Assembly (NCBI GenBank): GCA_043823195.1
Contig: JBDRAZ010000102.1
Coordinates: 307 to 64,306, forward strand
Source: an archaeon
Lineage (GTDB): Archaea; Nanobdellota; Nanobdellia; Woesearchaeales; JBDRAZ01
DNA: 64,000 nucleotides
Direction: 5' to 3'
Each line of letters opens with the position of its first letter. Positions within the stretch are counted from its first letter, which is position 1. Below, piece by piece: positions 25,803-34,369 of the stretch. Made by a program: the position numbers and the translations under genes. The notes under the pieces are model-generated. The model saw only the letters and a list, made by a program, of their open reading frames with translations. It was not told the DNA's origin and did no database searches.

Positions 25803-28303
25803 TTTACTGGAAGCTCGCTCCTTTTTGCCAATATCTGGTTCTTAATGTCAGTAAGTATCGCTTTTTGTTTGGCCAATTCTCCTGCGTTCAATTTTCCTGA
25901 ATTTATTTTCCTCATAGGTTCCTTCATGTCGCCTATCAAACCGTAAATCTCGCCGTAAATTGATTCGTAATCAAGGTCTTCACCCAACTCTACACTGATG
26001 CATTGCCTGTTGGAAGAATCCCATTTCTCAGTCCGCCTGCAGCAGCCTGCAACACGGATGTCGTGGTCTATGCTAGTTGTATCTCCTTTAAGGAATCCGA
26101 TTCCAAGCCTTGATTGCGGAACTGCCACTGTCTTAGTCTGATCCACAAACTTGTCATAGCCATATTTACATACAAGCGGCACTCCGTCCAGCCTCCTGCA
26201 ACTCCTTTTGGTTGTGGTATCTGTTGTAGAATCATATTCATAGCAAATCTCTTGATGTCCTGCGTTTGCCATGTTATTATTTTTTTCCCTCACCCTCACA
26301 TCCCGATCGTTAATCATCAGCTGGAGTTTTTTTGCCTCTTCAGCAACATTAACAACGGTGCCGTCTGCTTCAGTCCAGATGCAGCCGTTAGTAATTATTT
26401 TGTCCAGCCTTGCGAGTTCGGCATCTGTGAACGTGGGATTGGCATCAGGGTTCTTACCCACCACTCCCTGCATCCGTATGAGTGCTGAATGATCATCAAT
26501 GCAGCCAGTCTCTGTCATGGCTTCACCGGTTGCGATATCAGCTGCTGCCTGCGCCTCTGTCTGCATGAGGTCCTGGAGACTTGTTGCATACATCTGGGCA
26601 ATCTTGTCTGCGGTGTTGTCGGTTATCTTCAGACTGCTCATGGCTGTTGATTTCATCTTATCAAGTTCTTCCGGAGTGATCGGCCGGTTACAAGTATCGG
26701 CAATCAACTGTATTATTCTGCTCCCGGCGTCTGTTGCGTATTTAAGCTCCTGCTCATGTGTAAGAAGATTGGCACCTGTTCCATCAATCACAGCCAACTG
26801 TGCCTTGTAGCGCTCTGCTTCAACTGAGACTCTTACATATTGTTTTATGATTACCTCGCGACCAGGGTCTGTGTCAATGCACTGTTTCGTCACATCTGCT
26901 TCAAGCCTGGCTTTGCGCTCTTGGGCATCCCTCTGCTGAGCGTCTACTGCCCCGCGGTTCTCAGCAGTGGCCTGTACCTGTGCACGTGCGATTTCATCTC
27001 CAAATCTCTGGTCAATTTTTGCAGTAATTGCTGCGTCATCTGCAAGCGAAATAAATTGGTTGAGCTTAACCGTAAGTTTAGCCTTCCTTGCTGGATCCCG
27101 TTCGCGCTCTTGCGCCAGTTCATAGTAAGCTATGCATTGCTGATACATCCTCTTTATGGCATTTTTAAAGGCATTCAGCTCTCCTTCTCTCGAACGCGAG
27201 TTCTGTATCGCGTCAACAAATGCCTGTCTTGTTGTGTATCTGTCGCTGATTAACCTTGGATTATCATATGGATCGTCATCAAGGACACGTTCACACCTTG
27301 CCTGTAGATTGCTTACTCCTTCGCCATATATCTTCTCAGCTTCAGCTTCAGTCAGATCACGATCTGTCCGGAGCTTTTGCCGAATTTTTTCTGCTGTGTT
27401 TTGATATTGATCTGTCACAAAGGCATTGATATCGGGACATTTATTCTTATCAGCAAATTCAGGTTCAGTAAATTCGCCAGGCGTGGTCCGCATCCTGTCT
27501 ACTGCCGCCGCAAGATCAAATGTCGTCGGCTTGGATTCAATCTCAACCCGGTTCCTCTCCCATTCGGCCAGGTACCACTGACGGATCCGCTCCTTGACTG
27601 CATCGCATTTCTGTTTTCTTACCTTTTCTGCTGCATCACCAAGAGCCTGGGAATGAGCCTGGTCAACCTCGCTGAGCCAGACCTGAACCCTTTTCTTCTG
27701 CTCAATAAAATCACGGTAGCCTTCATCAAAAAAGATAGGCCATCCAGCATATTCTCCGCCATACCTTACCCTGATCTGCCCGTAGTAGAGAGTGATAAGT
27801 TCAAGATTGGCATTCCATCTTTGCAGAATCTTGACATAATTTGCATATGCATCTGTACCGGGGCTGTGCTGACCGTCATTCTTCAGATCCCCATTTTCAA
27901 TCTGCAGAAGAATCACACGGAAGCTCTGCGCCTCTCTTTCCAATTGTTTATTAGCGTCCTGCAATTTGCTGATTTCAGCAGCGTAATACCGGTCATAGTC
28001 CGCCCTTATGTATTTTATCCACGCCACGCATTCTTTCTGCCTTGGAACGGTATCGCCAACCCCGGGAATCCTTGAAGACCAGTCCTCCCACCAGGCAACT
28101 TTCTCATCCTGGACTTTTTCAATTACAGGCAGGCAATATTCATACCACTGAACCGGTGTAAGAGATTGCCCCTCAATAAGTATCTCTGTCAGCGCTGGAG
28201 GGCCGGCAACGGCGGTTGAACTTGGCTGTGCAGGAAACACCTGTGCATAAGCCATCGAAACCAAGAACAGCATAAAAATTAGTGAGGATATTATCTTTCT
28301 CAT
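25799..28303 (-). CDS. Large secreted, mostly helical hypothetical protein
   Basis: The start at ATG 28303 (MRKIISSLIFMLFLVSMAYAQ...) gives an ATGA overlap with the upstream stop at 28300-28302. The listed 28318 start adds 5 residues. No family recognised. Confidence 0.6.
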   Translation of the reverse strand: MRKIISSLIFMLFLVSMAYAQVFPAQPSSTAVAGPPALTEILIEGQSLTPVQWYEYCLPVIEKVQDEKVAWWEDWSSRIPGVGDTVPRQKECVAWIKYIRADYDRYYAAEISKLQDANKQLEREAQSFRVILLQIENGDLKNDGQHSPGTDAYANYVKILQRWNANLELITLYYGQIRVRYGGEYAGWPIFFDEGYRDFIEQKKRVQVWLSEVDQAHSQALGDAAEKVRKQKCDAVKERIRQWYLAEWERNRVEIESKPTTFDLAAAVDRMRTTPGEFTEPEFADKNKCPDINAFVTDQYQNTAEKIRQKLRTDRDLTEAEAEKIYGEGVSNLQARCERVLDDDPYDNPRLISDRYTTRQAFVDAIQNSRSREGELNAFKNAIKRMYQQCIAYYELAQERERDPARKAKLTVKLNQFISLADDAAITAKIDQRFGDEIARAQVQATAENRGAVDAQQRDAQERKARLEADVTKQCIDTDPGREVIIKQYVRVSVEAERYKAQLAVIDGTGANLLTHEQELKYATDAGSRIIQLIADTCNRPITPEELDKMKSTAMSSLKITDNTADKIAQMYATSLQDLMQTEAQAAADIATGEAMTETGCIDDHSALIRMQGVVGKNPDANPTFTDAELARLDKIITNGCIWTEADGTVVNVAEEAKKLQLMINDRDVRVREKNNNMANAGHQEICYEYDSTTDTTTKRSCRRLDGVPLVCKYGYDKFVDQTKTVAVPQSRLGIGFLKGDTTSIDHDIRVAGCCRRTEKWDSSNRQCISVELGEDLDYESIYGEIYGLIGDMKEPMRKINSGKLNAGELAKQKAILTDIKNQILAKRSELPVK

Positions 28304-29202
28304 TGTATCATGAACCATCCCATGGAGGATCTCGTGTCTCCTGTCAGCATATCAGTTATGACCATCTCGACGTCATAGACGCCCTGGCCGAGGAGGTTCG
28401 TATTGATGTCATGGACAAAGCGAACAACATCGTCTTCAGTGCTTACAACCTCTTCAGCAGTAGGAATCGTCAGATGTGAAATTATTCTGCCATTTGAACT
28501 GACTTCCACATCAGCAACAAGCCAGTTGTAGACGCCTATCCCAAGGTCGTTCATCTCATAGCCCTGGACGTCAACAACAACGTATACCGGATCACCGGGC
28601 ACAAATGTCCTGTCCTCGTCCTCAGCAAAATTCCCTGCTCCGTCAGCGATTGACGCGATTGCCATCTCGCCGGCCATGAAATCCTTGTGGATCTCAAGGG
28701 GAACAGAAGACGATATGTACTCATCAGCATTCTTGTCATATACTATTAGATTAAGGTTATGGGTGCCCCGGGCAATTGTCGGCGGAATGACAAACCCTTC
28801 CCTGATAACTGTTGCATCCCCCTTGATCTGGCCCTCGTAAAGGACCTGGGTTAGGTCTTCGATAACAATGCCCTGCTTGTCAACACTCAAAACAGCGACG
28901 AAATCAGAAACGCCGCTGGCTGTTGTCAGGCCGGTAATCTCTGCCCGCACATAGGCTGTATCAGCAGGCTGGTGCACCTCTTTTAACTCCAGGTAATCAG
29001 CTGAGGTAAGAGCCAAAGAAGATACAACAAACTCGTCCTCCCAGGACATGAACAGGACATATGCAATAAGGACAACTGCAACTAGTGCCACCAGGATTGT
29101 TGCTTCTTTTACTCGTGGATTCAAAGTTTTCCCACCTTTTTTTATATTTTTTTCTCTGCAAACTAGTATATAAACTTTGCGATTCAGGCCGCTTTCAGCC
29201 AC
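28300..29202 (-). CDS. N-terminally anchored protein with beta-rich extracellular domain
   Basis: TM 'ATILVALVAVVLIAYVLFM'. An alternative TTG start at 29124 is preceded by GGTGGG and an AT-rich box. With that start, 29125-29183 would be intergenic. Confidence 0.55.
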   Translation of the reverse strand: MAESGLNRKVYILVCREKNIKKGGKTLNPRVKEATILVALVAVVLIAYVLFMSWEDEFVVSSLALTSADYLELKEVHQPADTAYVRAEITGLTTASGVSDFVAVLSVDKQGIVIEDLTQVLYEGQIKGDATVIREGFVIPPTIARGTHNLNLIVYDKNADEYISSSVPLEIHKDFMAGEMAIASIADGAGNFAEDEDRTFVPGDPVYVVVDVQGYEMNDLGIGVYNWLVADVEVSSNGRIISHLTIPTAEEVVSTEDDVVRFVHDINTNLLGQGVYDVEMVITDMLTGDTRSSMGWFMIQ

Positions 29203-30167
29203 TCTTCTGCGAGTTCGCCCTGCCTCTGATGCACCATTTCCCTATAATATTCAATTGTATGAACATCCTCTTTGCTGAAGTGCCTGAAGCGCGGCAATGA
29301 CTGCAGGTGATGGTCATTCCAGCGGCTGGTTTCTCTTATGCTTCTTGCACCAAAGGGCCTGAACTCGCCGAACCTCTTTTCCAGGTCGATAATCGCGTGA
29401 TGGTGCCTTTCACTTCCATATTGCCGGAATGCCTGATTGACGGCAGCCTCAAAGTGCTCATTGACCGGTATACCGGGCATATTTCCAAGGAAGAGATGGC
29501 CGTGCTCAAAGCGGTCAATCCTGATCCTTACGCTTCCGAGCCTCAGCCACCTGCCCCTTAGCTGGTTGAGGTCGCGCTCGCCTGCGCCGTTGTGCTGGCT
29601 GTAGTTGAGGTGCTTTGCATGCTCCATGAGATCGTGCACTGTAATGTCATGGGCCCCTTCCCGTTCACGCCGTTCATTGAAATAGCGCTTAAGGGTGTCC
29701 TCATCAATGATTACAAAGAAGTCAGAGTCCTCGAATTTCAGCAATCCAAGATGGCCGTGCATGCTGTAGTCAGCGATCCTCAGCGTGATCCTGTCCTTAA
29801 TGCCTCTGCCTATAAGATATTTCTTCAGCTCTTCTTTGCTGTGGTAATGGCCGTAGAACTTAACAAAATCATCTATTGAAAAAACAGTCTGATGGATGAT
29901 GCCCTTCATGTGGTCCACTGCCTCAAAGCCCTGCTCGATCTGCTCATCAAGCTTCTGCACTTCCTGCCACTGCGGAATCAGAGGCCTCAGGATTGCGCCT
30001 GCCTCACCCAGGATCCTTGCTGCGCCGTGCGGGTCACCGTGCTTGAAGACCTCAAAGGCGTGTGCTACCCTTTCATCTGCGGCAGCAATCTGCCTGAAAA
30101 CCTCTTGCCCTTTACCTCTTGACTCTTCAAGCCTCTCTCCCAAAATCTTCATTGAAGTTCTCATCAT
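29184..30167 (-). CDS. Cytoplasmic His-rich hypothetical protein
   Basis: 327-aa ORF with no hydrophobic segment. ATGA overlap with the upstream gene. No family recognised. Confidence 0.55.
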   Translation of the reverse strand: MMRTSMKILGERLEESRGKGQEVFRQIAAADERVAHAFEVFKHGDPHGAARILGEAGAILRPLIPQWQEVQKLDEQIEQGFEAVDHMKGIIHQTVFSIDDFVKFYGHYHSKEELKKYLIGRGIKDRITLRIADYSMHGHLGLLKFEDSDFFVIIDEDTLKRYFNERREREGAHDITVHDLMEHAKHLNYSQHNGAGERDLNQLRGRWLRLGSVRIRIDRFEHGHLFLGNMPGIPVNEHFEAAVNQAFRQYGSERHHHAIIDLEKRFGEFRPFGARSIRETSRWNDHHLQSLPRFRHFSKEDVHTIEYYREMVHQRQGELAEEWLKAA

Positions 30168-30757
30168 GGATTCCTCAGGTCCAGTGCCTGGATCTCGCCT
30201 GCCACGCTCCGGAATTCATCGAATCTCGGGCGGAGGAACCTTGTCCAGCGCCGGTTCTCAAATGACCGTGCCTCGGCAAGAAGCTGCCTTATGCGGACAA
30301 AGTCCTGGCTCATCTGCTGGTAGATCGGTGTGTTTGGCGGAATAGCCTGGGCATTTATGCTAAGGAGCCGCGTCTGAAGGCGCACGAGCGCATTGAATGC
30401 TGCCGCAATGACTGCTCCAACCTGCGCATCGATCTGGTTTGCGCGCCGGACATTTCTCCTGCCGCCGTAGAAGCCAAGGGCGCCGAGCCCGGCAACAGCC
30501 AAAATCAGCAGGGGTATCCATGCCCAGGGGCTTGAGTACCAGTGCGAAACAGCTGGCTCAATCTGCTTAATAACTGCGTCAAAATCCTGGCCAGGGAAGC
30601 TGTCCACAAAGAGCCTCCTTGCTGCTGCCGGGTCTGTCTTTTCAAGCTCCCTTATAGCATCCACTATCTGATTGTCTGTCCTGTCAAGGACATCCTCCAG
30701 GGTTGCCAGTACCGGGATGGACAACAGAATATATAATATAGTATATGCCAGTTTCAT
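30164..30757 (-). CDS. Bitopic hypothetical protein (signal peptide, ~70-aa outside domain, TM, ~90-aa cytoplasmic helix bundle)
   Basis: 'MKLAYTILYILLSIPVLATL' and a central TM 'WAWIPLLILAVAGLGALGFYGG' followed by 'RRNVRR'. Confidence 0.55.
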   Translation of the reverse strand: MKLAYTILYILLSIPVLATLEDVLDRTDNQIVDAIRELEKTDPAAARRLFVDSFPGQDFDAVIKQIEPAVSHWYSSPWAWIPLLILAVAGLGALGFYGGRRNVRRANQIDAQVGAVIAAAFNALVRLQTRLLSINAQAIPPNTPIYQQMSQDFVRIRQLLAEARSFENRRWTRFLRPRFDEFRSVAGEIQALDLRNP

Positions 30758-32166
30758 CTTATCGGATAGAGCCTCTTTGCATCTCGGGCATCAATTGCCG
30801 CTTTGATCTCCTTTTTGATTCTGATAAGCTCCCTTGCCCTGCTGGCAGGATCACGGATGGCAGATGCATCTGCCAACTGCTTTTCATAGTGGCTCTCAAC
30901 AAGGGAGTGCCAGCCCTCAATTGCTGTCCTGTGATAGTCAGAGCCAATCGGTGTGTTATCAAGGATTGACTGGTACCTGGGAAGTGCCCGTGAAAACTCT
31001 CCTGCCTCAAACCACTTTTCACCAATCGCTGTGTGGTAGCGCTCCATTGCGTCGTAGTAGTTGCGCATGACGTTGGGGTCAGTGCTGCCCCCCGCCTCAA
31101 TCCTGCACTTGGCCAGCTTTTGTTCAAGGACCTGGACATCGCGGTTCCCTGTGCCGACAAGGTACCTCTGGATGTCAGTCCCAATCTCCCGGAACCACTG
31201 CTCAAAGTTGAAGTCCATTAGCTCCTGGCAGCTGGGGGTGCTGCCCGAGCCCCCAGATAACCTTGATTCAGCAGCCCTTGCATCCCTGCACGTGAGAGAG
31301 TAGAAGCGGTATGTGGGAATCGACTTGTCCAGCACCTCAGCCGCCTCCTCCTTTGCCGGGATTATGCCCTGGATCCTGGCAAGGCGCTGGTTTGCCAGGG
31401 CGAGGTTCTTTTCATATGCTTCCTTTTCCTCAGGCGTCCCGAACTGGTTTGAGATAACGCCCGCCCATTCAACGCTTGCGGTAGTGCGCGCATAGACTGT
31501 CCCGTCTTTTGCGCTGCAGTTCTTTGCATAGGCGCTGATCTTTTTTTCCTCAGCTGCCTGGTCAACCATGGTGCCGGTCGAATCTGCAAAGTCGGATGTG
31601 GCAACGACAAAAAATCCCTTTATTGCGGGCAGACCGACAAACGCAGGCTTATCACCTGAACCGAAGAGATCAGGAACCTCGAATAACGGCTTGCCCTCTT
31701 TGAAGAGCGAGTTTGCCACATAAAAGGCAAGAAGCGTCAGCAGGACAGCTATTATGATTGCCATTATCTTGTGGTTCTCCATGCCGAACTTAAGGAGGAG
31801 CGCGTACAATACCAGAACCATCACAACAAAGAGGAGGAACCTCGCATATGGGGCAAGGATCTTGAGGGTGATCCCTGATTTCACAAGGGCAAAGGATACA
31901 ATGAGCGCAAGGACAACAGCAAGCGTCTTTACCTGGCGGTTCTGCTCACCAAAGACCTTGTTAAGCCCCAGCATGAAGACAACAGTAAAGAGTATGAAGA
32001 ACAGGACGAAGTCAACCAGCTGGTAGTAGCTGTCATAGCCGGTACTGATGAAATCCCTGACAATGTCTGCAGCATTTTTCAGTGCCCCGGTAAATGCATC
32101 CGATGCAGCAAAGGCTATGGGAACAAGCAGGAGCGCCATTGCCAGTATTGGAAATAACCTCTTCAT
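30754..32166 (-). CDS. Polytopic membrane protein (signal peptide + ~4 TM) with ~300-aa soluble C-terminal domain
   Basis: 'MKRLFPILAMALLLVPIAFAAS' followed by four hydrophobic segments up to residue ~150. No family recognised. Confidence 0.55.
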   Translation of the reverse strand: MKRLFPILAMALLLVPIAFAASDAFTGALKNAADIVRDFISTGYDSYYQLVDFVLFFILFTVVFMLGLNKVFGEQNRQVKTLAVVLALIVSFALVKSGITLKILAPYARFLLFVVMVLVLYALLLKFGMENHKIMAIIIAVLLTLLAFYVANSLFKEGKPLFEVPDLFGSGDKPAFVGLPAIKGFFVVATSDFADSTGTMVDQAAEEKKISAYAKNCSAKDGTVYARTTASVEWAGVISNQFGTPEEKEAYEKNLALANQRLARIQGIIPAKEEAAEVLDKSIPTYRFYSLTCRDARAAESRLSGGSGSTPSCQELMDFNFEQWFREIGTDIQRYLVGTGNRDVQVLEQKLAKCRIEAGGSTDPNVMRNYYDAMERYHTAIGEKWFEAGEFSRALPRYQSILDNTPIGSDYHRTAIEGWHSLVESHYEKQLADASAIRDPASRARELIRIKKEIKAAIDARDAKRLYPIR

Positions 32167-32676
32167 TCAAAACCTCGATATGGATTTTCCGATTGCATTT
32201 ACTATGAAATTCTCTCCGTAGATGACCTTGCCGCCGGCAAGCCATGAAAGCGCCTTCTTGTCGCGCATGCGCAGGGATTCCTCAAAGTCATGCTCGGCAA
32301 TAACCGAGCACTTTGAGGAATTGATGCCCTTGTGCGAGATAATCACTGCCTCAGTCCTTAGCACAATTGCTGCTGTTGCATCGCGCTTGGCGCTTTCGCT
32401 TAGGTCGATGAGTGTTTTTGCTGCCGACCCTTCCAGCAGCACTATTGCTGCAAGGTGCCGGGCAATGGGATTCTCAAGATCAACATTGTAGAACAGGCCT
32501 GTCCCGAGCCTCTCAAAGACGAGAATGCCTGATTCCTCGAGCTTCTTTACCGCCTGGTATGCGCCGGCGGCGCTTGTCTTCAGCTCTTTTGCTATGCTCC
32601 TGACTGTAAGCCTCCTCGAGAAATTGCGGACTAAGAAGTTGATGACTGTGAGTTCAATCTGCGACAATGACTTCAT
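32167..32676 (-). CDS. Winged-helix transcriptional regulator (first gene of the 11-gene operon)
   Basis: 'RRLTVRSIAKELKTSAAGAYQAVKKLEESGILVFERLG' wHTH. Its stop abuts the next start (32167/32166). Confidence 0.6.
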   Translation of the reverse strand: MKSLSQIELTVINFLVRNFSRRLTVRSIAKELKTSAAGAYQAVKKLEESGILVFERLGTGLFYNVDLENPIARHLAAIVLLEGSAAKTLIDLSESAKRDATAAIVLRTEAVIISHKGINSSKCSVIAEHDFEESLRMRDKKALSWLAGGKVIYGENFIVNAIGKSISRF

Positions 32677-32700
32677 TTATGTATCAAATATACGAACAGG

Positions 32701-32940
32701 TATTTATATTTTTTGATTGATGAGTTAAATGAAAAAAATAATAAGACCATTATTTAGGACATTATTCCATTTAATATATGCAATTAAATCATTAAATTTA
32801 TCATTACACTAAAAATAAAGATTAGATTACTTAAATAATACATCAACCAATTATAAAAAAAATATAAATAATTTATTATAATGAACTATAGATTATAAAT
32901 AAAAATAAATTACTTTAAATATTCGAACAAATAGTTTATT
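32701..32940. promoter_or_regulatory. Extremely AT-rich ~240-nt block upstream of the wHTH-led operon, flanked by T(A/T)CGAACA repeats
   Basis: The block is almost entirely A/T, in contrast to the roughly balanced base composition elsewhere. TACGAACA at 32691-32698, TTCGAACA at 32922-32929 and at 32943-32950. Confidence 0.5.
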
Positions 32941-33076
32941 TTTTCGAACAATGGAGGTTGCTGGCAAATATTGGCAACATACATGAAGGGGATGATTTTG
33001 CCAATATGGGGGGATTCCGGTCATCTGATCCGCAGAACAGCTGGCAGCACCATCCCCGAGCATTATGCGTCCAAAC

Positions 33077-34369
33077 CTAAGGAAACAGATACGAGTTGTC
33101 ATCTTTCTGGACAACCTCCTGCAGCCCATCATCCACGGCGCTAAGCTGCCCTTCCAGCGCTTCCATGCGCCTGGCAACCTCCCTCATCTCCCGGGCTATA
33201 CTGAGCTGCTCCCTTGAGTTTCGGGTCACAAGCTCCATATACTGCTGCACTGTCGGCGCCATCCTGAGGGTAAGCTGGTTGCGCGAGCGCATGCCCGCTG
33301 CCCAGGCCTTTACCTGCTTGTTCCATCGGAGCAGCTCGAGCTTCCTGCTAATAAGCATCGCCATAACCTTCTCCTGGCCGGTGAGATGGCTCCTTACCAT
33401 GATGGCCCTTGCAAGCTGCGTGTTTTCCTCCTCAATCCCCTTCCTGAGGCGCGATATCACGCTGACCCTGCCAACGTCAATCTCATGGACCCTTTTGCTG
33501 ACGAGGTCAAGGAGGCCGTTTCTTATGCCCTCAAGCCTTTGCTCTATGAATTCGGTCCTTTTTGCTGCAATAACCCTCAGGTCATTTACTGCCAGCTGCG
33601 TGACCCGCATCATGTATTCCTTTGATGTCAGCTTTTTCCTGAGGTTTTCAAAGAAGTCGATAGCTGCATCAATGTCCTCGTTCCTTTTGTCAAAGAAGGC
33701 AAGGATTGCATTGGCTGACTCAGGGTCGCCATACCTCCTGATGATAAGGTCCCGGTATCGTTTCCTCTGCATATAGAAACTCCTGAAATAGGACCAGTGG
33801 GGATCTGTCCTGCTCTGCCTTATCTTGTCAGCCATACCGCCGATTGCCTTGACCTCATCTGTGTAGCGCACAATGTGCAGGATCCCCGCATTGGTTATCC
33901 TAAGCCTATGGAGCGTTTCGGTGTCCTGGCTTCTCGCAGCAGTATCCCTTGCATACTGGTAGGAGGTCCTGCAAATAGAGATGAATCTCCTGAATTTATC
34001 CATGTCCTTCGGCGTATGAACCTGCGGCATGATCTGGCCGCTTCTTATCTCATCCTGGAGCCCGATAAAATACTGCCGCTCGCCCCGGTCAGGAATGCCC
34101 TTCTGTTTCCAGTGGTGTGCAAACTCACTGAGGCGCTTTGAGAATATCCCTGACACGTATCTTACTGCAATGGTAGACGCGATTTCCTCAACCTTTGGAA
34201 GGAAATCCCTGTGGATGAAGTCATGGCTCTTGAGCTGGCCGAATAGCTGCTCGAGGTACTGCCTCTCCTGCCCCCTGTTGGTCTCGCCGAAGCGGTCCAC
34301 CAGCTGGTACAAAAGATTCCTTCTGCGTATTGACATATTCTTCATCTGTTCAGGTGTAAGTTTTGGCAT
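33077..34369 (-). CDS. Cytoplasmic helical hypothetical protein
   Basis: The start at ATG 34369 (MPKLTPEQMKNM...) gives a TAATG stop/start overlap with the upstream gene. The listed 34438 start would overlap by 70 nt. Confidence 0.55.
   Translation of the reverse strand: MPKLTPEQMKNMSIRRRNLLYQLVDRFGETNRGQERQYLEQLFGQLKSHDFIHRDFLPKVEEIASTIAVRYVSGIFSKRLSEFAHHWKQKGIPDRGERQYFIGLQDEIRSGQIMPQVHTPKDMDKFRRFISICRTSYQYARDTAARSQDTETLHRLRITNAGILHIVRYTDEVKAIGGMADKIRQSRTDPHWSYFRSFYMQRKRYRDLIIRRYGDPESANAILAFFDKRNEDIDAAIDFFENLRKKLTSKEYMMRVTQLAVNDLRVIAAKRTEFIEQRLEGIRNGLLDLVSKRVHEIDVGRVSVISRLRKGIEEENTQLARAIMVRSHLTGQEKVMAMLISRKLELLRWNKQVKAWAAGMRSRNQLTLRMAPTVQQYMELVTRNSREQLSIAREMREVARRMEALEGQLSAVDDGLQEVVQKDDNSYLFP

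Noticed and set aside
32893-33177. ORF 32893-33177 (-, 94 aa) extending from the AT-rich spacer into the 3' end of the 430-aa gene.
   Set aside because: It overlaps the end of a longer, operon-consistent ORF in another frame. It runs into nearly pure A/T sequence, giving an implausible composition, and has no motif.
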